From an uncultured virus (IMG/VR IMGVR_UViG_2695420571_000019) (Duplodnaviria > Heunggongvirae > Uroviricota > Caudoviricetes), in the IMG/VR virus record IMGVR_UViG_2695420571_000019: a stretch of DNA of 64,000 nucleotides. The stretch is one strand, 5' to 3'. Of this stretch, positions 37,122 through 46,264 are shown piece by piece. A model generated the notes under the pieces. The model ran no database searches. It saw only the letters and a program-made list of their open reading frames with translations, and was not told the origin of the DNA. Each line of letters opens with the position of its first letter. The first letter of the stretch is position 1. A program made the translations under genes and the position numbers.

Positions 37122-37537
37122 ATCCGATAGCGACGTCGGACTCTCCGCCGGTGGGGACGTTAAATACGAACCGGAAAGCGTGTAATATTGTCGCGTATAT
37201 TTGCGATAGGTAGCTTCGCATTCCCTCGTCTTAGGGACGCTAAAATAATAAAGACGCTATACCCGTCCTGACTGCGGATAGATATAAAGCAGTCGGCTAC
37301 CAAACGCAATCAGAACGAGGCTTCCGCACCCTACGGCGGCGGTCTTTTTGTGCTTGCGTACTCCGGCGGAAAACGGAGCTGCACACACTGTCTCACCGTA
37401 TAGGATCGCAACCTGTACGCAGATCTACCGTTTTTACTGTACGTTCCGCAAACAGGACGAGGCTGCCAACGATTTTGGCGGTCTTTTCGTGCTTGCGTTA
37501 AAGCGAGCGAATAAGAAACGAAAAGGAGACGATGTGA

Positions 37538-37996
37538 ATGGCGGACAAACGCGTATCAATCAAAACGGTACAAATTGACCACGGTAATGACGTAGTAGAG
37601 TCGATTGCAGTAAGGGGCGAAGAGGAAACGGCTGATATTCTCCGCGCTGCATTAGCGTCTGTAGAAGCGCCGACGATCGAGGTGACAAAAGACTCTAAGA
37701 CGGAGATCACAGCGACGCTAAACGTAGAGGTATCCGAAGCCATAACCGGCCTCAAGGCGCTTCAGCGCGAAGCAAAGGCGGCGACCAAGGCGTTGGCTGA
37801 ATTACGGGAGGAGCGGCGTGATCTGAATATCGAGGGAGTGGCGGAAGTCCTAGGAAAATTTCTCGAAAGCCCCAAGGTTGATACGCTTAAGTTGAAAGAT
37901 GCGTTGGGGATTCTTACTCCTACCGAAAGACATCGCTTAATACACGAAGACGTCCGAGGTTCTCGTAAAGCGGAAAACACTGGGGGCGAACTCTGA
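37538..37996 (+). CDS. hypothetical protein
   Basis: AAGGAG RBS, 152 aa. Confidence 0.7.
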   Translation: MADKRVSIKTVQIDHGNDVVESIAVRGEEETADILRAALASVEAPTIEVTKDSKTEITATLNVEVSEAITGLKALQREAKAATKALAELREERRDLNIEGVAEVLGKFLESPKVDTLKLKDALGILTPTERHRLIHEDVRGSRKAENTGGEL

Positions 37997-38196
37997 TGGG
38001 CGAGAAGGTAGGAATAAGCATTGAAGAAGCTGCGCGATCCCTCGAAAAGGCTCTCGGAGATACTAAGGTAGATGTGTCTCAGTTAGCGGATGCACTTCGG
38101 GTATTCATCCCTACCGAAGTTTGTCGTGTTAGTGCGCAAGAAGCCGGGGAATCTTTGCGGAAACTTTTTAATGAAATCGACGCAGGGGAGCGTTAG
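37996..38196 (+). CDS. hypothetical protein, partial paralog of the upstream gene
   Basis: TGATG coupling; shares a KVD...DAL...PTE segment. Confidence 0.6.
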   Translation: MGEKVGISIEEAARSLEKALGDTKVDVSQLADALRVFIPTEVCRVSAQEAGESLRKLFNEIDAGER

Positions 38197-38198
38197 AG

Positions 38199-38519
38199 AT
38201 GAGCAATGATTTTTCATGGTCATGCGTTGGTCTAACGTGTATCGCGAAAGGGATTCGCAAAGAGGAAGCGATGTGGTACATCGAAAAGGCAGGCGATCAA
38301 ATGGGCTATATTGAAGCAACGACTTCCCTCCGAGCATTACTACATCGTTCATATTTCGAAGACTGCCGGAGTATCGCGGATTTCATTTCGAAAGTAAAAC
38401 GAGATACGGACGGTTTGGAAAGAGAATCTTGTTTTCGCTTTTTGAATGAAAATGTCGGAGCTTTGGCGATTAGGTTCGTGTGGATTCTGATGAACAACGA
38501 AAAAGCACCGCAGTCTTAA
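38199..38519 (+). CDS. hypothetical protein
   Basis: GGGGAG RBS, 106 aa. Confidence 0.55.
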   Translation: MSNDFSWSCVGLTCIAKGIRKEEAMWYIEKAGDQMGYIEATTSLRALLHRSYFEDCRSIADFISKVKRDTDGLERESCFRFLNENVGALAIRFVWILMNNEKAPQS

Positions 38520-39067
38520 ACCTCGATGCTTTCATAAGCTTCCGATATTTCATCGGCCGTTATTCCGATGTATCTCAGCGTTTCGCGCTCGCTTGAGTGT
38601 CCGAGTATAGACATAATACGCGTAATATCAACGCCGTTTTCGTGTAGCCGATAGCCGAACGTCTTACGGAGCGAATGTGTTCCTATCGCGCCGATTTTAT
38701 CCGCAATGCCGGTCCGTTCGGCAGCGTCGTTGAGTATCCGGTACGCTTGAACGCGGCTTATCGGCTTGCCGCCGCCTTGACGGCTGGCAAATACGTAGTC
38801 TTTATCGTCAGCGTCACTTAGATACGTCTTGATTTCGCGCAACACGGACGAACTAAACGTAATCTTACGCTTTTTCTTGCGTTTCTGCTCCGTAATGACT
38901 AGCGAATCTTGGCCGCGAAGATCCCCGACCTTAAGCGTTAATAAGTCGCTGATACGCAGTCCAAAAGCGGTGCCGAGAGTCAATAACAGACGGTTGCGGC
39001 CGTTTAGTGCGTTCTTCAGTTTATTAAAATCGCGCTTAGATTTAATCGGGAATACTTCGTTAGCCAT
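38516..39067 (-). CDS. small tyrosine recombinase (catalytic domain only, 183 aa)
   Basis: GLRISD, HSLRKT, LGHS, RYIG; promoter TTGACT-N17-TATTAT at 39138-39110. Confidence 0.9.
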   Translation of the reverse strand: MANEVFPIKSKRDFNKLKNALNGRNRLLLTLGTAFGLRISDLLTLKVGDLRGQDSLVITEQKRKKKRKITFSSSVLREIKTYLSDADDKDYVFASRQGGGKPISRVQAYRILNDAAERTGIADKIGAIGTHSLRKTFGYRLHENGVDITRIMSILGHSSERETLRYIGITADEISEAYESIEV

Positions 39068-39167
39068 TTCGCTCACTCTCCGTAACTTAAATTTTAATTT
39101 GTTACACTCATAATAACGAAAATGGTAACGAAAGTCAAACGAAATCAACGAAAAGGAGGCGATCTTT

Positions 39168-40919
39168 ATCGCATGGGTTGACGGACGCTGGCTCAAACCG
39201 GCTGAGCGCGCTGAATTAATCAACGTTCTAACTGAATACTTAGACGCGCTAGATGAAGCGTACGGCGACGACATTCCTGCGTCAGAGATCGCCGATTATT
39301 ACGAAAAAGCGACCGAACTTGAACGGCTTAAACGGATTCATCGATGCGAAGGCAATTTGCTCGAGTTCTCAATCGAATATTTCTCGGATGCACGAAACCC
39401 GGATAACGACGGCAACTGGGACGGATTCGATGTTACGGATGTGAGCGAAGCGCCAGATTTCCACGTAGAGATTTGCGACATTATGAACGTCGTGTCTTCC
39501 GAAAAGGTTAACGAAAAGATAGCGGCAGCGGCGCCACGTTCGCACGCAAAGTCGACTTATTTATCGAAAGCCTTTCCGGTTCACGAAATCGTTTATCGGC
39601 GACGGAAATACACGATCATCATTTCGGAAACGCCTTCGGTATCGAAAGCGAATATGGAATGGATTCGGAATCAGCTTAAGTTTAACAAGAAGCTGCGCGC
39701 CGACTTCGGACCGTTATTGTCGCCGCAAGACCAAGCGAATATCATCGATAACTCCGAATCATTCATTGCGTGGCATCCAGACGGAGACAGTCGAAAACAG
39801 CTCGCTTTAGTCCAGGCTGCATCTACCGGCCAGGCGTTGCGTGGACGTAACTGGAACGGCACGCGGCCGGATCTTATTATCTGCGACGATTTAGAGGATG
39901 CGCGCCCAGGCGGAAACGCCAGCACGCCCGAACAGCGAAATAGTCTCCGGAACTGGTTCTCGCAAACGGTCATGCCGTTAGGTGATCCGAAAGGAAAGCG
40001 GACGGCCTTCGTCTACATGGGAACGACGGTCCACATGGACGCGCTTTTAATGCACGTTCTATATAAGCGGTCGGACTTCGTTACGAAAGTTTATCGCGCC
40101 ATTATCAAACAGCCGGAACGTCTCGATCTTTGGGAAAAATGCCGGCTTATTTATGTTGATCGCGAAAATCCGAACCGATTAGCTGACGCAGAACGGTTTT
40201 ATAGAGAAAATGAAGCCGAATTATTGCGCGGCAGCCGAGTTTTATGGCCGGAAGTCCAGCCTTTGTTTAAATTAATGCGCTGGAAATGGGATAACGGCTC
40301 TAAAGCGTTCAACACCGAGTACATGAACCACCCAATCGACGAAGAATCGATGATTTTTAATCCGGAAAAGTTCACGTACCACAACAGTAATATCGATTAC
40401 ATGAAATATGACGTTTCCCTTGCGGTGGATTTCGCGATGGGGAAAGAACGCGGAGACTACTCTGCAATTACGACGGTCGCTATCGATAAGATTAGCGGCT
40501 CTATTTACGTTATTGATGCGTTCGGTCAGCGTTTGAAGCCGGACGAGTTTATGAAAGTCATCGTCGAGAAGGTCGTTCAGTATCAACCGACTGTAATTGC
40601 GGCCGAAGCGCAGGCAGCGCAAGAGTTTTTCGTCGATGAGCTTAAGAAGCAGCTAACGAAAGCGGGCTATCCGGCAGATACTCGCGTTAAGAAGATAAAA
40701 CACCGTAGCCGTAAAGAGCTCCGTATCGAAGCGTTATTGCCTTCGATCGAGAACGGAACAATCCAATTTGACCGGAGGCATGCGCTATTACTTGAGCAAT
40801 TCGAACAGTACGGGACCGGAGCTCACGACGACGTTATCGATGCGTTAGAAATGGCGGTTTCTGCTGCGGCTAAATCGCGTAGACGCAAAGGCGGCAATGT
40901 CGGTAATTACCGTTACTAA
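39168..40919 (+). CDS. terL: terminase large subunit (probable ATC start)
   Basis: 'APRSHAKS' Walker A, 'IICDDLED', 'AVDFA', 'HDDVIDAL'; frame open back to ATC 39168, 8 nt after AAAAGGAGG. Confidence 0.9.
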   Translation: MAWVDGRWLKPAERAELINVLTEYLDALDEAYGDDIPASEIADYYEKATELERLKRIHRCEGNLLEFSIEYFSDARNPDNDGNWDGFDVTDVSEAPDFHVEICDIMNVVSSEKVNEKIAAAAPRSHAKSTYLSKAFPVHEIVYRRRKYTIIISETPSVSKANMEWIRNQLKFNKKLRADFGPLLSPQDQANIIDNSESFIAWHPDGDSRKQLALVQAASTGQALRGRNWNGTRPDLIICDDLEDARPGGNASTPEQRNSLRNWFSQTVMPLGDPKGKRTAFVYMGTTVHMDALLMHVLYKRSDFVTKVYRAIIKQPERLDLWEKCRLIYVDRENPNRLADAERFYRENEAELLRGSRVLWPEVQPLFKLMRWKWDNGSKAFNTEYMNHPIDEESMIFNPEKFTYHNSNIDYMKYDVSLAVDFAMGKERGDYSAITTVAIDKISGSIYVIDAFGQRLKPDEFMKVIVEKVVQYQPTVIAAEAQAAQEFFVDELKKQLTKAGYPADTRVKKIKHRSRKELRIEALLPSIENGTIQFDRRHALLLEQFEQYGTGAHDDVIDALEMAVSAAAKSRRRKGGNVGNYRY

Positions 40920-40938
40920 ACGAAAGGAGGCGTTTTAA

Positions 40939-42519
40939 ATCGTAATTGTTGATCGTAATTTTATTAATCCGTTTCAATTCGTGATACCTATCGAAGAAGC
41001 AATCGGTTCACGCGAATTCCAGCGTATTTGCGACGAAATTAAGCTTTACCGGCGCTATGAAGGCAGTCTAAACGTTTGGTCCGACTATATTAAGCCAGAC
41101 AATATTGCATATGAACCGACTACACTTTCGATGAACTACCCACGAAAGTTAATCGATACTATGGCGGCTTGGCAATTTGAGAAAGAGCCTAAAGTATTAG
41201 TACCGCCTGATGTAATCGACGATCCAGCGCAAATGATGCAGCCAGGTTACGAGCCAAGTGCGGAACAGCAGGCGGAAAATAGTCGTGCTAAAGCGAAAGA
41301 ACGGTTACTAAAGTGGGTTTGGGACGACAACCGGATGCACGAAAAGCTACTCGCGGCAGCTAAAGATCGCGCTATCAGTCGTACGGGCGTATACGCAAGA
41401 CTCCATTACGATACACGTCGCGGCGAAATTAAAATCCTTTGGCACCCTTCGACGGAAGTAATCGCAGTTCATAACGAATGGGACGCCGACCAATTAGACG
41501 CTGTTCATTTTGTAGCGTGGCTTGACGAAGAGCAGACGCGTCTTTGGAAGCTCTCGTACTATCTCGTATGGAAAGGCGATGAAGAAACCGGCGTCTATGA
41601 TTGCGAGATTGAGGAAGCCGTTTATGACGACGGATTGTCCTTGCGCGATCAGCGAGTCGAAAGAAAATCGATGGGACTCGATTTTATTCCGGTTGTTCAT
41701 ATCCCGACGGACAAACTTACGGGACACAGCGAAGGGTACAGTGAGATCGAGAAACTGATCGATACGGCGGATGAGATTGACCGCAAAATATCGGATTACT
41801 CCGATGCGCTTCGGTTTGAAATGTTCGCGATTACGTTGCTAACTGACGTAGATTACGATCCGAAAAAGCCATTTCAAGTCTCGCCTAGTGCGATTTGGGA
41901 TCTCGGAGAGTCAAGCCAAGATGGCGGAGGGACGCCGGACGCGAAGAAGCTTGAAAGCGGCTTTAAGTTTAAAGAGGCGATTGAAGCGTACCTTGACCGG
42001 ATGCAGAAACGGCTCCACGAAATCAGCGAAGTTCCGATGGTCAATACGGCCGACATGAATACCGGCGGTATTAACGATATGGCACTGAAGCTGTTATACG
42101 GATCGATCATCTCGAAAACGCAGCGGGCTTGGATCGTTTGGCAGTCCCGTTTACAAACGTTGAACGAATATATCTTGCGTTATATGAAAGCGCGCCAAGA
42201 ACATCCGCGATTCAAATACGATAGTAAGCTTCTATCGCAAGTCGATGAGTATTACGATAACAAGATTATCTTCGGACTTCCTTTACCGGAAGATCAAGCA
42301 GCGCTGATTACGCAGTTAGGCGAAGAAATTTCTAACGAAATGGAATCCGTAAAGGGTGCTATCGCTCGAAGCGGAAAAGAAAATCCGGAAGCTAAATTTA
42401 TGGAGATTTTACAGGAGCGCAATCTTAAAATGCAGTCGCAAGACCCTTACGGTGAGTCTACAAACGGCGGATCGCCGGAAGATGAAACAGAAGAAGACGA
42501 CGAAGATCCTAACGCATAA
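40939..42519 (+). CDS. portal protein (probable ATC start)
   Basis: Follows terL, about 525 aa, acidic tail; ATC 40939 lies 8 nt after GAAAGGAGG. Confidence 0.8.
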   Translation: MVIVDRNFINPFQFVIPIEEAIGSREFQRICDEIKLYRRYEGSLNVWSDYIKPDNIAYEPTTLSMNYPRKLIDTMAAWQFEKEPKVLVPPDVIDDPAQMMQPGYEPSAEQQAENSRAKAKERLLKWVWDDNRMHEKLLAAAKDRAISRTGVYARLHYDTRRGEIKILWHPSTEVIAVHNEWDADQLDAVHFVAWLDEEQTRLWKLSYYLVWKGDEETGVYDCEIEEAVYDDGLSLRDQRVERKSMGLDFIPVVHIPTDKLTGHSEGYSEIEKLIDTADEIDRKISDYSDALRFEMFAITLLTDVDYDPKKPFQVSPSAIWDLGESSQDGGGTPDAKKLESGFKFKEAIEAYLDRMQKRLHEISEVPMVNTADMNTGGINDMALKLLYGSIISKTQRAWIVWQSRLQTLNEYILRYMKARQEHPRFKYDSKLLSQVDEYYDNKIIFGLPLPEDQAALITQLGEEISNEMESVKGAIARSGKENPEAKFMEILQERNLKMQSQDPYGESTNGGSPEDETEEDDEDPNA

Positions 42520-42606
42520 CAACGTTTGACCTACGATATGTCGTTAAACTATCGGTTGTTGTTTTGCGTAATCCATAGCCGACGGGCTTTAAACGGAGGT
42601 ATACGA

Positions 42607-43338
42607 ATGGATGTACAACGAAAGTTATTGCGTTTAAACCTACAATTTTTCGCGGAACAGGAACCGGAAGAAACAAACGCTCAAACTACGGCTGGGGAGC
42701 CGGAACCAACACCGACTGAGCAAACACAACAGCCGGAAAAGACGTTCACGCAGGCCGAACTTGACGAGATTTTAAATAAACGGCTTGAGCGCGAGAAAAA
42801 GAAGCAGGCGGAAGTAGAGGAGCAGCTTAAACGGTTAAAAGCGTACGAGGAAGCGGAAGAAGAACGCAAAAAGGCGGAAATGTCCGAAGCTGAACGCTTA
42901 AGAGTCGAAAAAGAAGAAGCGGCCAAGAAAGCGGAAGAGGCTACGGAAGCAGCTAAAAAAGCTCAAGAAACGGCTAATCAACGCATTATTAACACGGAGC
43001 TTCGCGCTATCGCTCGATCACTTAACGCAAACGATCCGAATCAAGTTCTCGCGCTACTCGATAAGTCAGCGGTACAGATTGACGAAGAAGGAAACGTAGT
43101 TGGAGCCGAAGAAGCGGTCGCTGCATTTAAGGCGTCAAGCCCGTGGATGTTTAAACAACCGATCGGAGCAGACGCAGCGGGCGGAAGCAATCCTTCGACT
43201 AACAACACCCAGACCGAATTAGCTGCGAAAGAGAAAGAGCTCGCAGAACTACAGGAAAAGGCGCTTAAGGATTCGCGATTTATGGGAAAAGTCACGAAGG
43301 TCTACAACGAAATACTCGGTTTGAAAAACAAACGGTAA
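42607..43338 (+). CDS. capsid scaffolding protein
   Basis: 'LNLQFFAE' leader, 'KTFTQAELD', charged coiled coil. Confidence 0.85.
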   Translation: MDVQRKLLRLNLQFFAEQEPEETNAQTTAGEPEPTPTEQTQQPEKTFTQAELDEILNKRLEREKKKQAEVEEQLKRLKAYEEAEEERKKAEMSEAERLRVEKEEAAKKAEEATEAAKKAQETANQRIINTELRAIARSLNANDPNQVLALLDKSAVQIDEEGNVVGAEEAVAAFKASSPWMFKQPIGADAAGGSNPSTNNTQTELAAKEKELAELQEKALKDSRFMGKVTKVYNEILGLKNKR

Positions 43339-43394
43339 TTCAGTCGCCTTCTGGCGGCTTTTTTAATTACAAAAACTATTAGGGGGATTAACAC

Positions 43395-44516
43395 ATGGTA
43401 GCAACTAGCTATGATTTCCAGCAACAGGTTCGCCAAATGAAAGCGAACGTAGATTTAATTCTAACGAAGGCTCCGGTTCTATTCGGGCTTATCGGCACAG
43501 GGGAAGGTCTCACGCAAACTAAATTCGAATGGCAGAACGATTATTTAAACAGTGATACTGGTGTTGTTAAAACAGCGGCTGCGGCTGATGCGACTGAGAT
43601 CGTTTTGGAAGCCGGAGAAGCACAAAAGTTTACAGTTAATGCATTGGTTCAAAACGGTTTAGAAGTATTCCGTGTAACTGCGGTTGATGAAGCGGCTGAT
43701 AAAATCACTGTTCAACGGGGATACGACGCTACAACACCAGAAGCGATTGAAGCCGAAGGAGAGCTAAAGGTGATTTCGCGTCCACGTCCTGAAGGTGAAG
43801 ACGTTTTTAGAAAGAATGAGATTAACGACCGTATTGTGTCGTTCAACTACTCGCAAATTTTCTCTCGCTACGCTTCCGTATCACGGACACAACAGCAAGT
43901 TAATACTTACGGGGTTTCTGATGAGCTCGACTATCAGGTTAATTTGCGCTTGCAAGAGATGGTCCGCGAGATGAATAACTCGTTAATTTTTGGCCGTAAA
44001 TACCAAGGGTCAGCGGCTCAGCCTCGTTCTACCGGCGGATTATTCGCTTTCGCACAAGAGCAAGGCTCCAATACTCAAGATTTTGGCGGTTCAGAGATCA
44101 GTGCTAAGAAACTGAATGATGCCGTAGAAGAAACGTTTAAACGAGGCGGTCGAGTAGATACAATCCTTTGCGCTCCGAACGTTGCTCGTCAGATCACGAA
44201 GCTTGCCGGTGACACAATCCGTACGACTCGTGGAGAGGGTCAAGTAGGTCATCAAATCGTTTCATTCATGAGCGACTTACCTGGCGGTGCTGTGTCTAAA
44301 GTTGTTGTCGATCAGAATATGCCTAAAGATCGCGCACTCCTACTGGATCTTAACAACATCAAAGCTCGCTACCTTACTCCGGTATATGATCAAGACGCTA
44401 CGCCTAACGGAGCAGATTATTTCTCTCGTGTTATCCGCGGTGAGCTTGGTTTTGAAATCAAAAACGCTAAGGAATCAGTTGCGGTTCTTTCTGGAATCTC
44501 TAAAACTATTTCCTAA
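43395..44516 (+). CDS. major capsid protein
   Basis: 373 aa after scaffold; flanked by terminator-like hairpins (43342-43364, 44522-44539). Confidence 0.85.
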   Translation: MVATSYDFQQQVRQMKANVDLILTKAPVLFGLIGTGEGLTQTKFEWQNDYLNSDTGVVKTAAAADATEIVLEAGEAQKFTVNALVQNGLEVFRVTAVDEAADKITVQRGYDATTPEAIEAEGELKVISRPRPEGEDVFRKNEINDRIVSFNYSQIFSRYASVSRTQQQVNTYGVSDELDYQVNLRLQEMVREMNNSLIFGRKYQGSAAQPRSTGGLFAFAQEQGSNTQDFGGSEISAKKLNDAVEETFKRGGRVDTILCAPNVARQITKLAGDTIRTTRGEGQVGHQIVSFMSDLPGGAVSKVVVDQNMPKDRALLLDLNNIKARYLTPVYDQDATPNGADYFSRVIRGELGFEIKNAKESVAVLSGISKTIS

Positions 44517-44567
44517 CATAAAGGAGGCTTCGGCCTCCTATTAATTTTCGAAAGGAGCGCGATATAC

Positions 44568-44906
44568 TTGGCACTAAGCGTAAACGATATTAAACGATTA
44601 AATGAGTCGATGCCTGTTGCGAACGATCTTAAGTTAGGCGATCTATTAGCGAAACTAGAAACGAGCTCAGGCGCAACAGTAGAAATAAAATGGGCGGATG
44701 TCGCAGGAAAACCATCGACTTTCCCGCCATCATCACATACGCATACAATCGCGAATGTAACGAATTTACAGACTACACTGGACGGTAAATTGACTGCGTC
44801 AAAGGCGGCAGCTCAAGCGAACAGCACAGCGACAGACGTTGCCGGTCTAGTAACGGATTTTAACGCATTACTTGCGAAACTAAAAGCGGCTGGATTGATG
44901 GCGTAA
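44568..44906 (+). CDS. head fiber/decoration protein
   Basis: 'ATDVAGLVTDFNALLAKLKAAGLM' head-fiber-type C-terminus. Confidence 0.75.
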   Translation: MALSVNDIKRLNESMPVANDLKLGDLLAKLETSSGATVEIKWADVAGKPSTFPPSSHTHTIANVTNLQTTLDGKLTASKAAAQANSTATDVAGLVTDFNALLAKLKAAGLMA

Positions 44907-45094
44907 TGGCGGAGTATAAGACGTTACCAAACTACGAATTTATGAGAGATGGTTTGTATCTCGTTTTTAACGGATACGGCGTATATAAAACGAATGTCGA
45001 GAAGGAAATCAAAGCGCTTGATGCGGCTTCACCGTTTATTCAGCGCGTAGATGAGCCGGCGCCTAAACCTAAAGCTGCTAAAGCGAAAAAATAA
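44906..45094 (+). CDS. small virion-associated protein
   Basis: Coupled gene in the head module. Confidence 0.6.
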   Translation: MAEYKTLPNYEFMRDGLYLVFNGYGVYKTNVEKEIKALDAASPFIQRVDEPAPKPKAAKAKK

Positions 45095-45099
45095 CGGAG

Positions 45100-45447
45100 G
45101 TGAGTCATGTGGCGGTATCAAGTCGACTAGCAACGCGATTAAGTAGAGTGGAAGGTGTCACAGCGGACGATATTGCCGCATGGATCGCCGAAGCCGAAGC
45201 TGAGTCCGGTCTAACTGCGGAAGAAAACGAAAATGCAGTCCTATTTTTGGCGCTGGCAATCGCATATGAAACTATCGCGAGTGATGCGGCGAGGTTCTTT
45301 AGTTTTCAAGACGGAGAAGAATCGGTAGACAAAACGAACATTTTCGCTAATTATATGCAACTCGGAAAAGACGCCCGAAAAGATTATCGCAAAGCTTATC
45401 GGAGAAGCGGCGGCCAGATGCATCCGAAACGAGCTGATGATCGATGA
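45100..45447 (+). CDS. head-tail adaptor (putative)
   Basis: Position and size. Confidence 0.6.
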   Translation: MSHVAVSSRLATRLSRVEGVTADDIAAWIAEAEAESGLTAEENENAVLFLALAIAYETIASDAARFFSFQDGEESVDKTNIFANYMQLGKDARKDYRKAYRRSGGQMHPKRADDR

Positions 45448-46253
45448 GCAACCAAGCGGAGCTAGACCGCCAGCTTAAAAAGGTTTCGATGCAATATCGC
45501 AAGTTGAACGCGAGCCAACAAGAATACGCGATAAAGGAGATCGGACGAATCCGACTTGAGATCGTTGACTTACTTACGGAGTACAGCGGCAGCGACGGAA
45601 AAATTAAAAGGCAGCGCTTGAACAAACTACTTCGCGAGTTAGATACGCTTGAAAAGCTCGTACGAACTACCGGTATGAACGCCTTCGAGAAAATATTCGA
45701 CGACACAGCCTCGACGACTTCAGGAGCAATAAAAACGGCGTTCATGGATTCGGTAGGCACCGCAGCTATATCCGGAGTTGCTTTCGATAAGATCAATAAA
45801 AACGTTGTTCGTTACATTGTAAATCGGATAGGCGACGATGGTTTAGTATTGTCCGACCGCGTATGGCGATTCGCCGGCGATCAGCGCGACGAGCTTTCGA
45901 AAGTTATTCGGACGGGAATTATAACAGGCCAGTCCGTTAGTGAAATTAGCGCTAATGTACGTAAAGTGCACGAAAACGACGCATGGAAAATTAGGCGTTT
46001 GGTTGTAACGGAAGGAAATACGGCGCATAGGGTAGCGGCATCTTATATCGGGCAGCAAAGCCGAGTCGTTAAAGCAATGCGTGTTCATCGAGGTAAGGCT
46101 AACCGTCCAGATCACCGATGTACACAGCTTGAGCTCGAAGACCGTTACGGAATGGGCGCCGGACTGTACAAACCGGATGATCCGGAAATTTATATGATGC
46201 ACATAAATTGTACCGGCTATTTAACGTATGAACTATATGACAAATACAAATAG
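45444..46253 (+). CDS. minor capsid protein (MuF/gp7-like)
   Basis: 'LSDRVW', 'RRLVVTEGN', 'HINC'. Confidence 0.7.
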   Translation: MSNQAELDRQLKKVSMQYRKLNASQQEYAIKEIGRIRLEIVDLLTEYSGSDGKIKRQRLNKLLRELDTLEKLVRTTGMNAFEKIFDDTASTTSGAIKTAFMDSVGTAAISGVAFDKINKNVVRYIVNRIGDDGLVLSDRVWRFAGDQRDELSKVIRTGIITGQSVSEISANVRKVHENDAWKIRRLVVTEGNTAHRVAASYIGQQSRVVKAMRVHRGKANRPDHRCTQLELEDRYGMGAGLYKPDDPEIYMMHINCTGYLTYELYDKYK

Positions 46254-46264
46254 GAGGTGACTGC

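Noticed and set aside
39068..39274. N-terminal extension of the small recombinase ORF in the ORF track
   Set aside because: It spans the gene's own promoter and overlaps terL; ATG 39067 with a GGAG RBS is the likely start.
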